A DNA stretch of 60,350 nt, from positions 1 to 60,350 of the forward strand of contig JAZOXC010000082.1 in assembly GCA_045659535.1 (NCBI GenBank), written 5' to 3'. A model generated the notes under the pieces. The model was given only the letters and a program-made list of their open reading frames with translations, was not told the DNA's origin and did not search any database. A program made the translations under genes and the position numbers. This stretch comes from Acutalibacteraceae bacterium. GTDB lineage: Bacteria > Bacillota > Clostridia > Oscillospirales > Acutalibacteraceae. Below, piece after piece: positions 17,881 through 28,500 of the stretch (the stretch's first letter is position 1; every line of letters starts with the position of its first letter).

Positions 17881-17893
17881 GGAGGAAAAAGAA

Positions 17894-20800
17894 ATGAAAA
17901 ACTTTAAAAAGCTTTCCGCGATTTTCCTCAGCGTTTTATTGCTCATCGGAGCAGTAATTGTCCCCTTAACCGTAACAACTGCAGTTGCAGCTGATGAAGT
18001 TGACTTTACTCAGTCGCTCATCTACGGACAGACAGCAACCCACAATAACATCACCAACCAGGACGGTATCTATTACGGCAGTAGTGATACCGCAACCATG
18101 AAGAAATCAACCGATGGTAATATAAGCACCAATATTGAGTTTTACGGCACTTCACAGGACGATAAACTCATTTGGATGATGAACAGCTATGCAAAGGTTG
18201 ACTCCTTCGAGCTTTGGGCTCATGAAGTTACCCATTATGACTTCAGCTTTAAGCTCTATATTTCGGACAATACCGATGACCTTTTCACCGATGAAAACTT
18301 AGTTTATACCCATGTCCGTGAAGAGGGCAACAGCAGCGGTGGCCACTATACTGCCAACGTTGCAATGCCCGATGGCAGCGATGTCTATGGTGCAGTAGTT
18401 GGTATGTATGTTTATGAAACCCATGCAACCAACCAGGGAATTAAAATCCGCGAGCTTGCTCTTTGGGGAACTCCCGCAGAGGATAATGTTGGCGACTTCT
18501 ACTATAGCCGCTGGGCGGTTAACCGCAATCTCGCAAACAATTCGGCAAAGAGCCTTATAAACGGCAAGCTTCCCTATACCGCCTATGTCGGAACTTCTAC
18601 CTCTACCGCAGGCGGTAGCGAATACGGCGCAACCTCCGGTCAACCTAAGTTTACCGCTTTGACCGATGGTAACTCTAACGGCGGACGCACCAATAAGACC
18701 GATGTTACAGGTGCTACCTATAATGGCGCAAGCAACGGCTGGTATCAGTTTACCTATCAGCTCGATTCGCTTACCAAGGTTACCGGTGCCGCAATCGGAA
18801 ACGGTTTCTTGGGCGATGACCGCGCTTGGGATTGGGAGCTCTATGTAGGCAGCGACCCTGCAAGCCTTTATAGCGGCGCTCCTGTTGCAAGCGGCCGTTC
18901 TTATCCCAGCGTTGATGGCGTTGTTCAGGACGGTTATATGTTCGGTATGGAGGTTCTCCTTGCCAACAATGCAAATGCAGTAGGAACCTATGTCGGCTTC
19001 AAGCTCATCCCCAACAACTCTCTCGGAGATTCCTGCATTCGCATCGCTGAACTTCAGGTTTACGGCGAGGGTAACCAGTCGGGAACAACCGAGCGTTGGG
19101 CAAAGACTACCGACGTTACTACCGACAGCCTTCTCTATAATCGCGGCCTCGACAATGCTTTTGTCGATAAAAATATTGCAGGTGGAAATTGGACCTTTGC
19201 CAATACTACCGATACCTACGTTTATCTTTCCAATGGCACCCGTTTAACCGACGGAACAACCTCTACCGCTCACGCCGATGTTTCCAACGGCACAAACGGT
19301 AAGCTCATTTGGGCACTTGAAGAGACAACCGATATCGAAAGTTTTGTTCTTTATAACCATTCGGGTCAGTATTATAATGCTGCTTACGAGGTTTACGCTT
19401 CCGATAGTCTTGACACCCTCTTTAATCTTGAAAATCAGATTTATACCTTCACGTTCAAGGATGAAAACGGCAACATCGACCCCAACAAAATGCAGTATGG
19501 CGGTAAGTATGTTGAGTTCTATGGCGATGATATAAAGAGCGCAAACTATATAGCAGTTTGGCTTCGCGAGGGTCTCCGCGCTTCCAAGAACGCCGATGGA
19601 ACCTTCAACTCGCTCGATACCGGCTTCCGTATTTCCGAAATTGCATTCTATGGAACTAAGTCGGAAAATGCTAAGAAAAACGGTAAAATTATTACTTATG
19701 TCAGAACAAACGAGTCCAACTATGCTCAGGTTGCTACAAAGCTTGGCGAAGAAGGCTTCACCTATGAAAACAACCTTCTCAAGTCCTCGAATGTTACAGT
19801 TAAGAATGCAAGCGGAACTACCGTTAATATCAACACCGATAAGCTTACAAACGGTGTTACCACCAGCGAAGAATTCTATGGCTCGTATCTCAACTATGAA
19901 TTTACCTACTTCCTCGGCGGCCTGACTACGGTCGAAGGCTTTATGCATATCCGCAACAATATCGGATTCTGCGAAGGCTATCAGGTATATGTTGGTAATT
20001 CTATGGATTCCCTCTATACCGAGGAAAACCTCGTTCTCGATATGAGCGATAATCTCCATATGCTTCCCCGCGGAAGAACAACCGCTATTAAGTTCGGCAC
20101 CCCGAAAACCGGTATGTATCTTGGTATTAAGTGGGTAAATGTTAATTCCTATTCCGAAGTTCGTATCGCCGAAATCGCTGCTTGGGGAACAACCGAGGAC
20201 CTCGGCTACGACCTCGCTCCCAACATCGGCGCTATGGCAAATGCTGATTCTGCAAAGAAGAATGCATCCGATGTAAACCTTCTCCGTGGCCTCAAGGCTA
20301 CAACCGGTTACTATGGTTCTACCCATTCTTCTACCGGTCTTTACTGTATAGACGGTATTACCGATGGCGTTGCAAACCTCCATTACGACTTCAACTACAG
20401 CGCCGAAGCAAATGGTCCCGGAAGCGAACTCTTATATGACCTTGGTTATGTTTCGACCATCAATGAGTTTGCTCTTTGGATGACCTGTGCCGGTCGTCAG
20501 TATTCCTATGAGGTTTATATGGGCGAGAGCTATGATACTATGTTTGAAGCTCCCGTTGCAGTTTGGGATTATAATATCGTTGCCAATTCCCTCGGCCAGA
20601 AGTTCACCTTCGATGAGCCGAAGCAGGCACGCTACATTGCAATCCGCCTTACCGATACCCGCGTTGACAAGGACTCCTATCGTTTGACCGAGGTTGCCGC
20701 ATTCGGAACTCTCGGCGGAGCAGATAGCGAATTCGTTGAGATAAACGGCGCAGAAATCAGCTCCGATGGCAAGCATATTTCCTACAACGCAACCTACACC

Positions 20801-22471
20801 TTCCCCGCAGGCATTATGACCGAGTCTGTTGTTGATATCGGAACTGTTGTCTACCCGACAACCGCTCTTGCAGGCGCAGAACTCACCCTTAATACCGCAG
20901 GCGCATCCATCGCATCGGCCGCAACCGATGAGGTTATGGATATAATCAATGCATATGATGCAGCAGGCTATAAGGCAGTCCGCACCAACAGCACCTTCTC
21001 GGGCGCTGATTCGGTAGGTGCTACCACTAAGCTTACCGCTCGTGCATATATAACCCTTTCCAATGGCAAAACCTATTACTCCGCACCCTATAACTACTCT
21101 GTAACTCAGGTTAAGCGTCTTGCAGCTAAGAAGTATTTGAGCATCTTTGCAAACGATACCGATTACATTGCAAACAAGGGCTACAACGGAGATATCGATA
21201 CTGTTTGGTCCGACCTTACTGCTGCTAAGGCAGAGGTTAGCTCCGACAAGAACGCAATGCTCTCCGCTTCCAATGCTTGGATAAACAATGTTCTCGAAAC
21301 CTATGGATTCGAGAAGGAGTGGATTGACAACGGTGTTGCAACTCTTGGCGACTCCAGCCGCCTTGCAGCCGTTATTCGCAAATTGATGCGTGGCGAAAAT
21401 ATAACCCTCGTTCAGATTGGCGGCTCCATTACCGAAGGCTACTACGCAACCGATAAACATGGCGAAGCCGAACTCGTTGCTGATTACCTTAATGCTGTAT
21501 TCCCGGGTCAGGTTACCTTCAAGAATGCAGGTATCGCCGCAACAGGTGCAACCCTCGGTGCATACCGTCTCGAAGAGGATGTTTTAAGCGCTGATCCCGA
21601 CCTCGTAATCGTTGAATTTGCTATCAATGATGCTCGCGATGACGTTCAGGCTATGGGCGCTTATGAGGATATCATTCGTCGACTCCTCGGCGAGGATATC
21701 GCAGTAATCGCACTCCATAATCTCCAGTATTACAGCAACTCCATCTTCGCAGAAGGCTCTGCAACAAGCCATCAGAACATTGGTTTTGTTTATGGTCTCC
21801 CGCAGGTCCGTGCATTTAGTGCATACTACGGAACTTCCGTATATGGTCAGGGCGAAGGCAAGAACTACAATGCAGGCGATGCAACACATCCGAACGACCA
21901 GGGCCACAATGCCGTAGCAGTTCTTGTTGCAAACCTTATCAACTATGTAATGGCAGATATCGAAAATCAGCCGACCGAGTCCTATGCTATTCCTACCTAT
22001 GCAATGACTACTTACGGCGGATATATAAATGATAATGCTACTATCTATAAGTCGCAGGATATCGAGGCAGGCAGTAATCCCGTTACTATCACCGGCGCAG
22101 CATATTCTGCCACCGGCAACCAGGTTGGTCATGATGATATCCGTGGCAACCACGACTATGCTATCTACACCATTGAAAGCGGCGCTTCCGCTACTATCAC
22201 AGTAAGCAACGCTACCGATATCCTCCCGCTTGTTGCTGCAACATCTTCAGGCAGCAAGGCTGCAACCTATGTTGTAACCGATGCTGATGGCAATGTTCTC
22301 AGCGAGGGAACTTTCTCGGCTCAGTATACCGGCTCTCTTACGGTAGAAAACGCACGAATCATCGAAGGCACTCGCTTCTATAATGGCGAAGCAGCAGATA
22401 TCACAATTACTATTACCGCAGTAAGCGGTAAGGTTCAGCTCGCAGGCGTTCTCGCTTGTGTAGCAAAGTAA
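17894..22471 (+). CDS. Secreted multi-discoidin (F5/8 type C-like x5) protein with a C-terminal SGNH/GDSL-type esterase domain
   Basis: ATG 17894 follows GGAGG (the ORF-track TTG at 17873 overlaps the small ORF). Signal peptide is LSAIFLSVLLLIGAVIVPLTVTTAVA. Five hallmark motifs are FKLYISDNTDDLF, WELYVGSDPASLY, YEVYASDSLDTLF, YQVYVGNSMDSLY and YEVYMGESYDTMF. SGNH blocks are QIGGSITEG, NAGIAATG, EFAINDA and DATHPNDQGH (about nt 21390-21960). Confidence 0.85.
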   Translation: MKNFKKLSAIFLSVLLLIGAVIVPLTVTTAVAADEVDFTQSLIYGQTATHNNITNQDGIYYGSSDTATMKKSTDGNISTNIEFYGTSQDDKLIWMMNSYAKVDSFELWAHEVTHYDFSFKLYISDNTDDLFTDENLVYTHVREEGNSSGGHYTANVAMPDGSDVYGAVVGMYVYETHATNQGIKIRELALWGTPAEDNVGDFYYSRWAVNRNLANNSAKSLINGKLPYTAYVGTSTSTAGGSEYGATSGQPKFTALTDGNSNGGRTNKTDVTGATYNGASNGWYQFTYQLDSLTKVTGAAIGNGFLGDDRAWDWELYVGSDPASLYSGAPVASGRSYPSVDGVVQDGYMFGMEVLLANNANAVGTYVGFKLIPNNSLGDSCIRIAELQVYGEGNQSGTTERWAKTTDVTTDSLLYNRGLDNAFVDKNIAGGNWTFANTTDTYVYLSNGTRLTDGTTSTAHADVSNGTNGKLIWALEETTDIESFVLYNHSGQYYNAAYEVYASDSLDTLFNLENQIYTFTFKDENGNIDPNKMQYGGKYVEFYGDDIKSANYIAVWLREGLRASKNADGTFNSLDTGFRISEIAFYGTKSENAKKNGKIITYVRTNESNYAQVATKLGEEGFTYENNLLKSSNVTVKNASGTTVNINTDKLTNGVTTSEEFYGSYLNYEFTYFLGGLTTVEGFMHIRNNIGFCEGYQVYVGNSMDSLYTEENLVLDMSDNLHMLPRGRTTAIKFGTPKTGMYLGIKWVNVNSYSEVRIAEIAAWGTTEDLGYDLAPNIGAMANADSAKKNASDVNLLRGLKATTGYYGSTHSSTGLYCIDGITDGVANLHYDFNYSAEANGPGSELLYDLGYVSTINEFALWMTCAGRQYSYEVYMGESYDTMFEAPVAVWDYNIVANSLGQKFTFDEPKQARYIAIRLTDTRVDKDSYRLTEVAAFGTLGGADSEFVEINGAEISSDGKHISYNATYTFPAGIMTESVVDIGTVVYPTTALAGAELTLNTAGASIASAATDEVMDIINAYDAAGYKAVRTNSTFSGADSVGATTKLTARAYITLSNGKTYYSAPYNYSVTQVKRLAAKKYLSIFANDTDYIANKGYNGDIDTVWSDLTAAKAEVSSDKNAMLSASNAWINNVLETYGFEKEWIDNGVATLGDSSRLAAVIRKLMRGENITLVQIGGSITEGYYATDKHGEAELVADYLNAVFPGQVTFKNAGIAATGATLGAYRLEEDVLSADPDLVIVEFAINDARDDVQAMGAYEDIIRRLLGEDIAVIALHNLQYYSNSIFAEGSATSHQNIGFVYGLPQVRAFSAYYGTSVYGQGEGKNYNAGDATHPNDQGHNAVAVLVANLINYVMADIENQPTESYAIPTYAMTTYGGYINDNATIYKSQDIEAGSNPVTITGAAYSATGNQVGHDDIRGNHDYAIYTIESGASATITVSNATDILPLVAATSSGSKAATYVVTDADGNVLSEGTFSAQYTGSLTVENARIIEGTRFYNGEAADITITITAVSGKVQLAGVLACVAK

Positions 22472-22538
22472 TTTCGCAAATCAATTATTTAAACATTTTG
22501 CTAAAATGTTTTGTCCTAACGGACTTTCAAAGACTTAA

Positions 22539-22566
22539 CCCTGCGGATGCAATAGTGTCCGCAGGG
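22539..22566 (+). promoter_or_regulatory. GC-rich stem-loop in the gap between the two plus-strand giant genes (no U-tract)
   Basis: Perfect 9-bp stem CCCTGCGGA(22539-22547)/TCCGCAGGG(22558-22566) with a 10-nt loop, ending about 8 nt before the RBS GGGAGG of the next gene. Confidence 0.4.
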
Positions 22567-22586
22567 GACCAAAAGGGAGGCAAAAC

Positions 22587-25500
22587 ATGAAAAACTTTCG
22601 TTTTTCTAATCGACTGATCGCAGTTGCCGTATCGCTGCTCATCCTCGTTGGTGCGCTGCTCGTTCCGATAACTGCCTTCGCATCAACTCCGATTGCTGAT
22701 ACTCCTATCACATCGCTTGATGATGCAAATGCCTATGCGCAGCAGTCGATAATAAAGGATAAAAAGCCGGTAATGGTCTATGGCGATTACTATGGCGACA
22801 ATTCTTTTGCAGGCCTCGTTGACTGTCGTACCGATGGTGTAGTAAAACTTACCGACGGAACCGTTGGAACCGGAAGCGGCCATGCCGACTTCTCCTATGC
22901 CAACAATGTTAACGGCGACTCTGCAAACATAGATAAAAACATCTATGTTGCCTGGGAAACGGGCGGAAAAGCAACCGTAACAGGTTTTATGCTCTTCAAC
23001 CGCGCAACACATACTTCCGCAGGCGATCATTCCGAATATGAGGTATATGTAGGCAATAGCCTTGATACCCTCTTTAATGCAGGTAATAAGGTTCATACAT
23101 ATACCGCTCCTGAAAATGCCGCATATAATGGTGTTTACAATGCTTTCAAAAACGAAAATGTAAAGACCGGCTATTATGTTGGCGTTAAGCTCCTTGATGC
23201 ATGTTCGCATACTGATACTGCAAACTGCGGCGCAGTCTGCACATATCACCGTATTTCCGAGATTTCCTTCCTCGGAACCGTTGATGCAAATGATAAGCCC
23301 GACTATGTTCTCAACAGCAACTTCTTCTATTCGGGATATAGTCCCTCAAAGGCTTATGATACCGATGGCGATTACACCTATGCAAACAGCCTTGTAAATA
23401 CTTCTAATGTTGTTATCGATGATACCGTTGTATTCTCGGGCAACGATGTTGTTAATAAGGCATATATCAATGATGGTAATGTTAGCAACCAGGTTGAATA
23501 TCGCAGTGCAACCAATAAAACCATAACCTTCACCCTCGGAACCGTTTATCAGATCAATAGATTCTCCTATTGGCATCAGCAGAACTCCGAGCGTAAGGAT
23601 AGCTATGAAATCTATGTTGGCAACGACCTTGCCAACCTCTATACCGCAGGCAACAAGGTGTTTACCTGGAATGCCGCAACCTCGCTCCGCTCCATGCGTC
23701 AGGTTGTAACCTTTAATAAAAAGGTTAGCGGTAAGTATGTTGGTATTAAGTTTACCGATGCCGACTACTTTGATAAAAACGGCGGCTCTTCTCGTATGGC
23801 AGAGTTTGCTGTTTGGGGCGAAACCGATACCGCTCCCTATATCGAAAAGAGCAACACTACCGAGGTTGGTCAGTATGTTGACACCTATAAGGATAGCAAC
23901 CTAATCGCAGGTAAGAGCTATATCGCAGGCTTCAATGGTGCTAAGATCAACAACAACGGTAATGCAGTTCGCTTAACCGATAATACTGTTTCTACCGCTC
24001 ATGCCGACATCTATGATGCCGATAATGCTCATCTCGTATGGCAGTTCGATTATTATTCGAATGTTGACCATCTCTTGGTTTATAACAGAACCAACTATGC
24101 AGATGAGGCTTCGTATAAGTTCTATGTAGGTAGCGACTTTAATACCCTGTTCTCGGATGATAACCTTGTTTATACCCATGTTGCAGATGCTTCGAACCCG
24201 ATGCGCGCACAGGTTATAAACATCCCGGGCGGCGCAAAGGGCTATTTCCTCGGTATGATTATTACCGATGCAGGCGGCCCTGATACCTGCGCTCGTATCA
24301 GCGAAATCGCAGCTTATGGTGCAGCCGATGAGCAGAAGCCCGCTTCCTATATGCTCAATACATATTTCAATAGCAAGAAATATGATACCGATGGCGATTA
24401 CACCTATCAGAACAGCCTTGTTGCAGGTATGACTCCCAATATCCCCAGCGCAGGCTCTAATAAGGATAAGTTAACCGATGGTGCTTTCGCAAATGAGGTT
24501 GAACTTTGGAGCGTTGGAACTGCCGGCAAGGAGACCGTAACCTTTACTCTTCCTGCTGCCGCAACCATTGATGCTATTCAGTATTGGCATAGTAAATCGG
24601 AATATGTAACAAACCTCCGTGATAACTATGAAATATATGTAAGCAATAGCCTCGACAACCTCTATGATGAGAGCAATCGAGTATTCGAATGGGTTAATAC
24701 CGCAAACCCCCAGAGCTATTCTCAGAGAATAGTTTTCACCGCTCAGAGCAAGCCCTATGGTAAGTATGTTGGTATCAAATATACCGACGGTGCATCGGGC
24801 AGCGATACAGACAACAGCGCTCGCGTTCATGAGTTTGCTGTTTGGGGCGAACTCGAAGAGTTAACCGCAACCCTAACCCCAATTACCGATGATATTATTG
24901 CTAATAAGGCTCCCATGAACCTTATTACAAGCAAATTACCGACCTATTGGTATAAAGATACCGATGGAACCATCGCAGGTCAAACTGCAAACTTCCTCCC
25001 GAGCGGAAGCTCCGGTGCTGAAAAGTTAACCGATAACTCGCTCTCGGGTCATACCGATGTATATGGCGGCGTTGGAACACGCATTGTTTATAAGCTCAAC
25101 GGCTATTCGCAGATCGATGCCTTTACCGCTGTTGCTCGCAATGCAGGCGAAGAGGTAAGCTATAAGATTTATGTTGCTGATTCTCTCGATGAGATGTTCG
25201 ATAGCGCAAATCTTGTTTATACCCATACCGCCGATAATACCGTTAAGGGCAAACTTGTTGAGCTTTTAGTTCCCGCAAAGGGCTATTATGTAGCAATCGA
25301 GTTTACCGCTATGGGTTCCTCTACCGATTATCCGCGTATTCAGGAACTCGCATTCTATGGCTCCGCACTTTCGGGCGGCGCAGAGGATGCAATTGATCAG
25401 ATTAATGCAAACTACTATTATCGTGCAGGAAGCCCCTTCGTTTATAGCGATGCCTTCCCGTATGAAACAAACCGCATTAAGGGTCTTAGCAAAACCGCAG

Positions 25501-28500
25501 GAACCGTTATCTTAGGTTCTGCAGGCAATAAAATTGATACCGGTTGGGGCGATGGCTCTTTCGATGAAATCGAGCTTTGGAACGCCGCAACCGCAGGCAA
25601 GGATACCGTAACCTTCGTTCTCGCAAAGAGAACCAATGTTACCGCACTTCAGTATTGGTCTTCTAACAGAACTGCCAATGCAATGCGCGATAGCTATGAT
25701 GTTTACGTATCCGATGACCTTTCCAGCCTCTATGATGCAGGAAATAAGGTATTCTCTTGGGATGCAACCCTTTGCGCTCCTTCCGTTTCGCAGAGAGTAA
25801 CCTTTAAGACCGGTAAAGAACCGATAGGTAAGTATGTTGGTATTAAATATACCGATCCCTATATCGGCGATGCAACCGGCGGCGCTCGCGCAGGCGAGTT
25901 CGCTGTTTGGGGAACCGATGCTCCCGCAGAAAACAGCATCAGCTACACCTTAACCATCGATGATGCAGCAAGCATGCACGCATCGAGCCTTATCGCAGGC
26001 AGATTCCCCTCGACAACCAATGCAGGCTCTGCAAACTGGAAAGAGGGCATAACCGATGGTTCTGCACAGCCTTTCTCGGGCAACACCTCTTGGCATGACA
26101 TTTACAATAAAAACGGCGCCGTAGGCACCGATGTAAACCTCACCTATTCGCTCGAATATCAGAGCATGATTCAGGGTATTGCAATTTGGGAGACCCATCC
26201 CTCGCTTAAGAACGGCTTTGATGTCTATGTTGGCAGCGAGTCGGGCGATGCTCTCTTCTCGGCAGCAAATAAGGTTGCCAGCTGGAGTGCAGCAGCCAAC
26301 CCGACTGCAAAATCTGTTTACATCCAGTTAGCCGATGAGCATCAGAAGGAAGGCCGCTATGTTGGTATTAAGTTTACCGATCATACAGGCAATACCTCTG
26401 TTCGCGTAGCCGAGCTTCAGGTTTATGGTTATGCAACCAGCGATGATAACTCGGGAACCGATACCGCTCTCGGAAACAGCGAAATTCCGAAGCTCCATGG
26501 AAGCAACCTCCTTGTAGGTCGCGTTCCGGATATGGGCGTTTTGGTTGGTAATAACCTAATTGGTCTTGCCGATGGTCTTTATAATAAGGAAGTTCAGATT
26601 TATGATGCAACCGTTAAGGGCGACACCATAACCTACGACCTTGGCTATCCAACCCTCATTCAGAAGGTTGGTACCTGGCATTCCAATGCAGATCGTCGCG
26701 TAAGCTATCAGATTTTCGTTGGCAATGACCCCGCAACCCTCTATGATGGCACCCCGATCTTTACCTGGGATGCTATGGGAAATACATCTCTTGGTCAGAT
26801 GTATACCTTAAGCTCCAATGCTAATGTAACCGCTCGTTATATCGGTTGGAAGATAACCGATGCCGACTCTTCGGGCGATGATGTTAACAACCATGCAAGA
26901 ATTGCTCGTTTCTATGAGCTTTATGTTGCAGGTATTCAGGATATGAACACCGTTGTTCATGAGCCGATTGAAAACCTCGATGGTTTCGATGGCGAGAACC
27001 TCCTTTCGGGTATCGTCCCCGAACTCGGCGGAACCGCTGTTGCTGCCGATGATGCTGCGGCAATAACCGATGGCATCATTGCTGCAGGAAACGGTGTAAC
27101 CGTTAAGGCAGGGGATAAGCTCGTCTTCAATGTTGGCCGCAGCGCAAACTTCCTCGAATACATCCTTTCGGCTGATAAGACCATTGGTCGCTATGCAATC
27201 TATGTTGCAAATGCGGAAGATGAACTCTTCCGTTCAACCAACTGTGTATATACAGTTATCAATACCGCAGATGTTTCCAAGATAACCAAGATAACCAATG
27301 CTGTTGAAGATAGATCCTTTGTTGGTATCTATATTATCGATCCTTCCTTCGATGATAGCACAACCAACGTTATCAACGAGTTTATCGTAACAGGAAGCCT
27401 CAACACCTATCTCACAACCTATCCGACCTACCCGAGCGCAGCAACCGATCTTTGCTATGGTAAGGATAACCTCCTCGATGGACTCACTCCTACCATTACC
27501 TATTTAGACGGAAGCAATATCCGCAACGGAAAGAGTAAGGCGAGCCCGGTATTCACCGGTGAGAGAGGCCAGAGCCTCGGCTGGTGGACCGATGATATCG
27601 TAGGTCCCAACAAGCATACCGATATCTACTTCTTCGATGCAGGTCATATAACCTATAACCTTGGAACCAAGAAGTATGATATGAGCGGCTTCGAGATCTA
27701 CTATCATAGAGAGCGCCCGATTATGGAATACGAAATTTATGTAAGTAACTCCGAATCGACCCTCTATAACCCCGAGAACTTAGTTATCCGCTATTATAAC
27801 GAAAACAATTCTTGGGCTCAGTCGTTCACCTTCGCAGATGGTGAGCATCCCGTTGGCAAGTTCATTGGAATCAAGATTCTCAACGCAAACGATCTTGATG
27901 ATTCCAACCCGCGTATCGCCGAAATCGTTCTCTTCGGTGAAGAGTATATTCCTCAGCCCACCAACCTCGGCTCTACCGCCGCAGTTAAGGGCTATATCGA
28001 GAAGAACGGCGTTAAGACCGAACTTAACCACGATGAGTTTACAACCGAGCAGAGAAAGAACTTCTTAAACGCAGACAACGAGGATCCGATCGTTATCGAT
28101 TCCAAGGGCGGAAAGCTCCATTTCGTTGCCGACCTTTGCGCACCCATGAACATCGATGAGGTTATCCTCGAGAATGTTGCAAATGCTGCAAAGCGCGTTG
28201 GTTCCTTCAAACTCTATGTAGCCGACTTCCCGGATGAAGTATGGCAGGATAGTGCCCTTGCATATACCTATACCCGCTCTAATGCAGATGGTCAGGTTGT
28301 AACCTTGCCGAAGGATATTAAGGGACGCTATATCCGTATCGAGATTACCGATAACGGAACCACAGACGGAACCTTCAATATCAACAACTTCCAGTTCATC
28401 GGCCTTGATGATCAGGCTCTCGATGTAACCAACCAGTTGTTCAATATTGGAACCTCCGCAATCTCGTTCTATGGACAGAGCAACAAAACCTATGATTATG

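Noticed and set aside
17873-17893. Upstream alternative starts given by the ORF track (17873, 8360, 10418, 31993, 35479, 37030, 52267, 59390)
   Set aside because: In each case an internal ATG is preceded at proper spacing by a Shine-Dalgarno sequence and yields a canonical N-terminus (a signal peptide, or a conserved start such as MGRLFGTDGVRG). The upstream starts overlap RBSs or neighbouring genes.
19244-21460. Long antisense ORFs (379 aa at 19244-20383 and 342 aa at 20432-21460) opposite the 1,528-aa gene
   Set aside because: They lie entirely inside a well-supported sense gene with domain motifs. Their products are Ile/Gly/Cys/Asn-rich with no motifs and no RBS. They are shadow ORFs caused by the sense gene's codon bias, which leaves few stops in the antisense frame.
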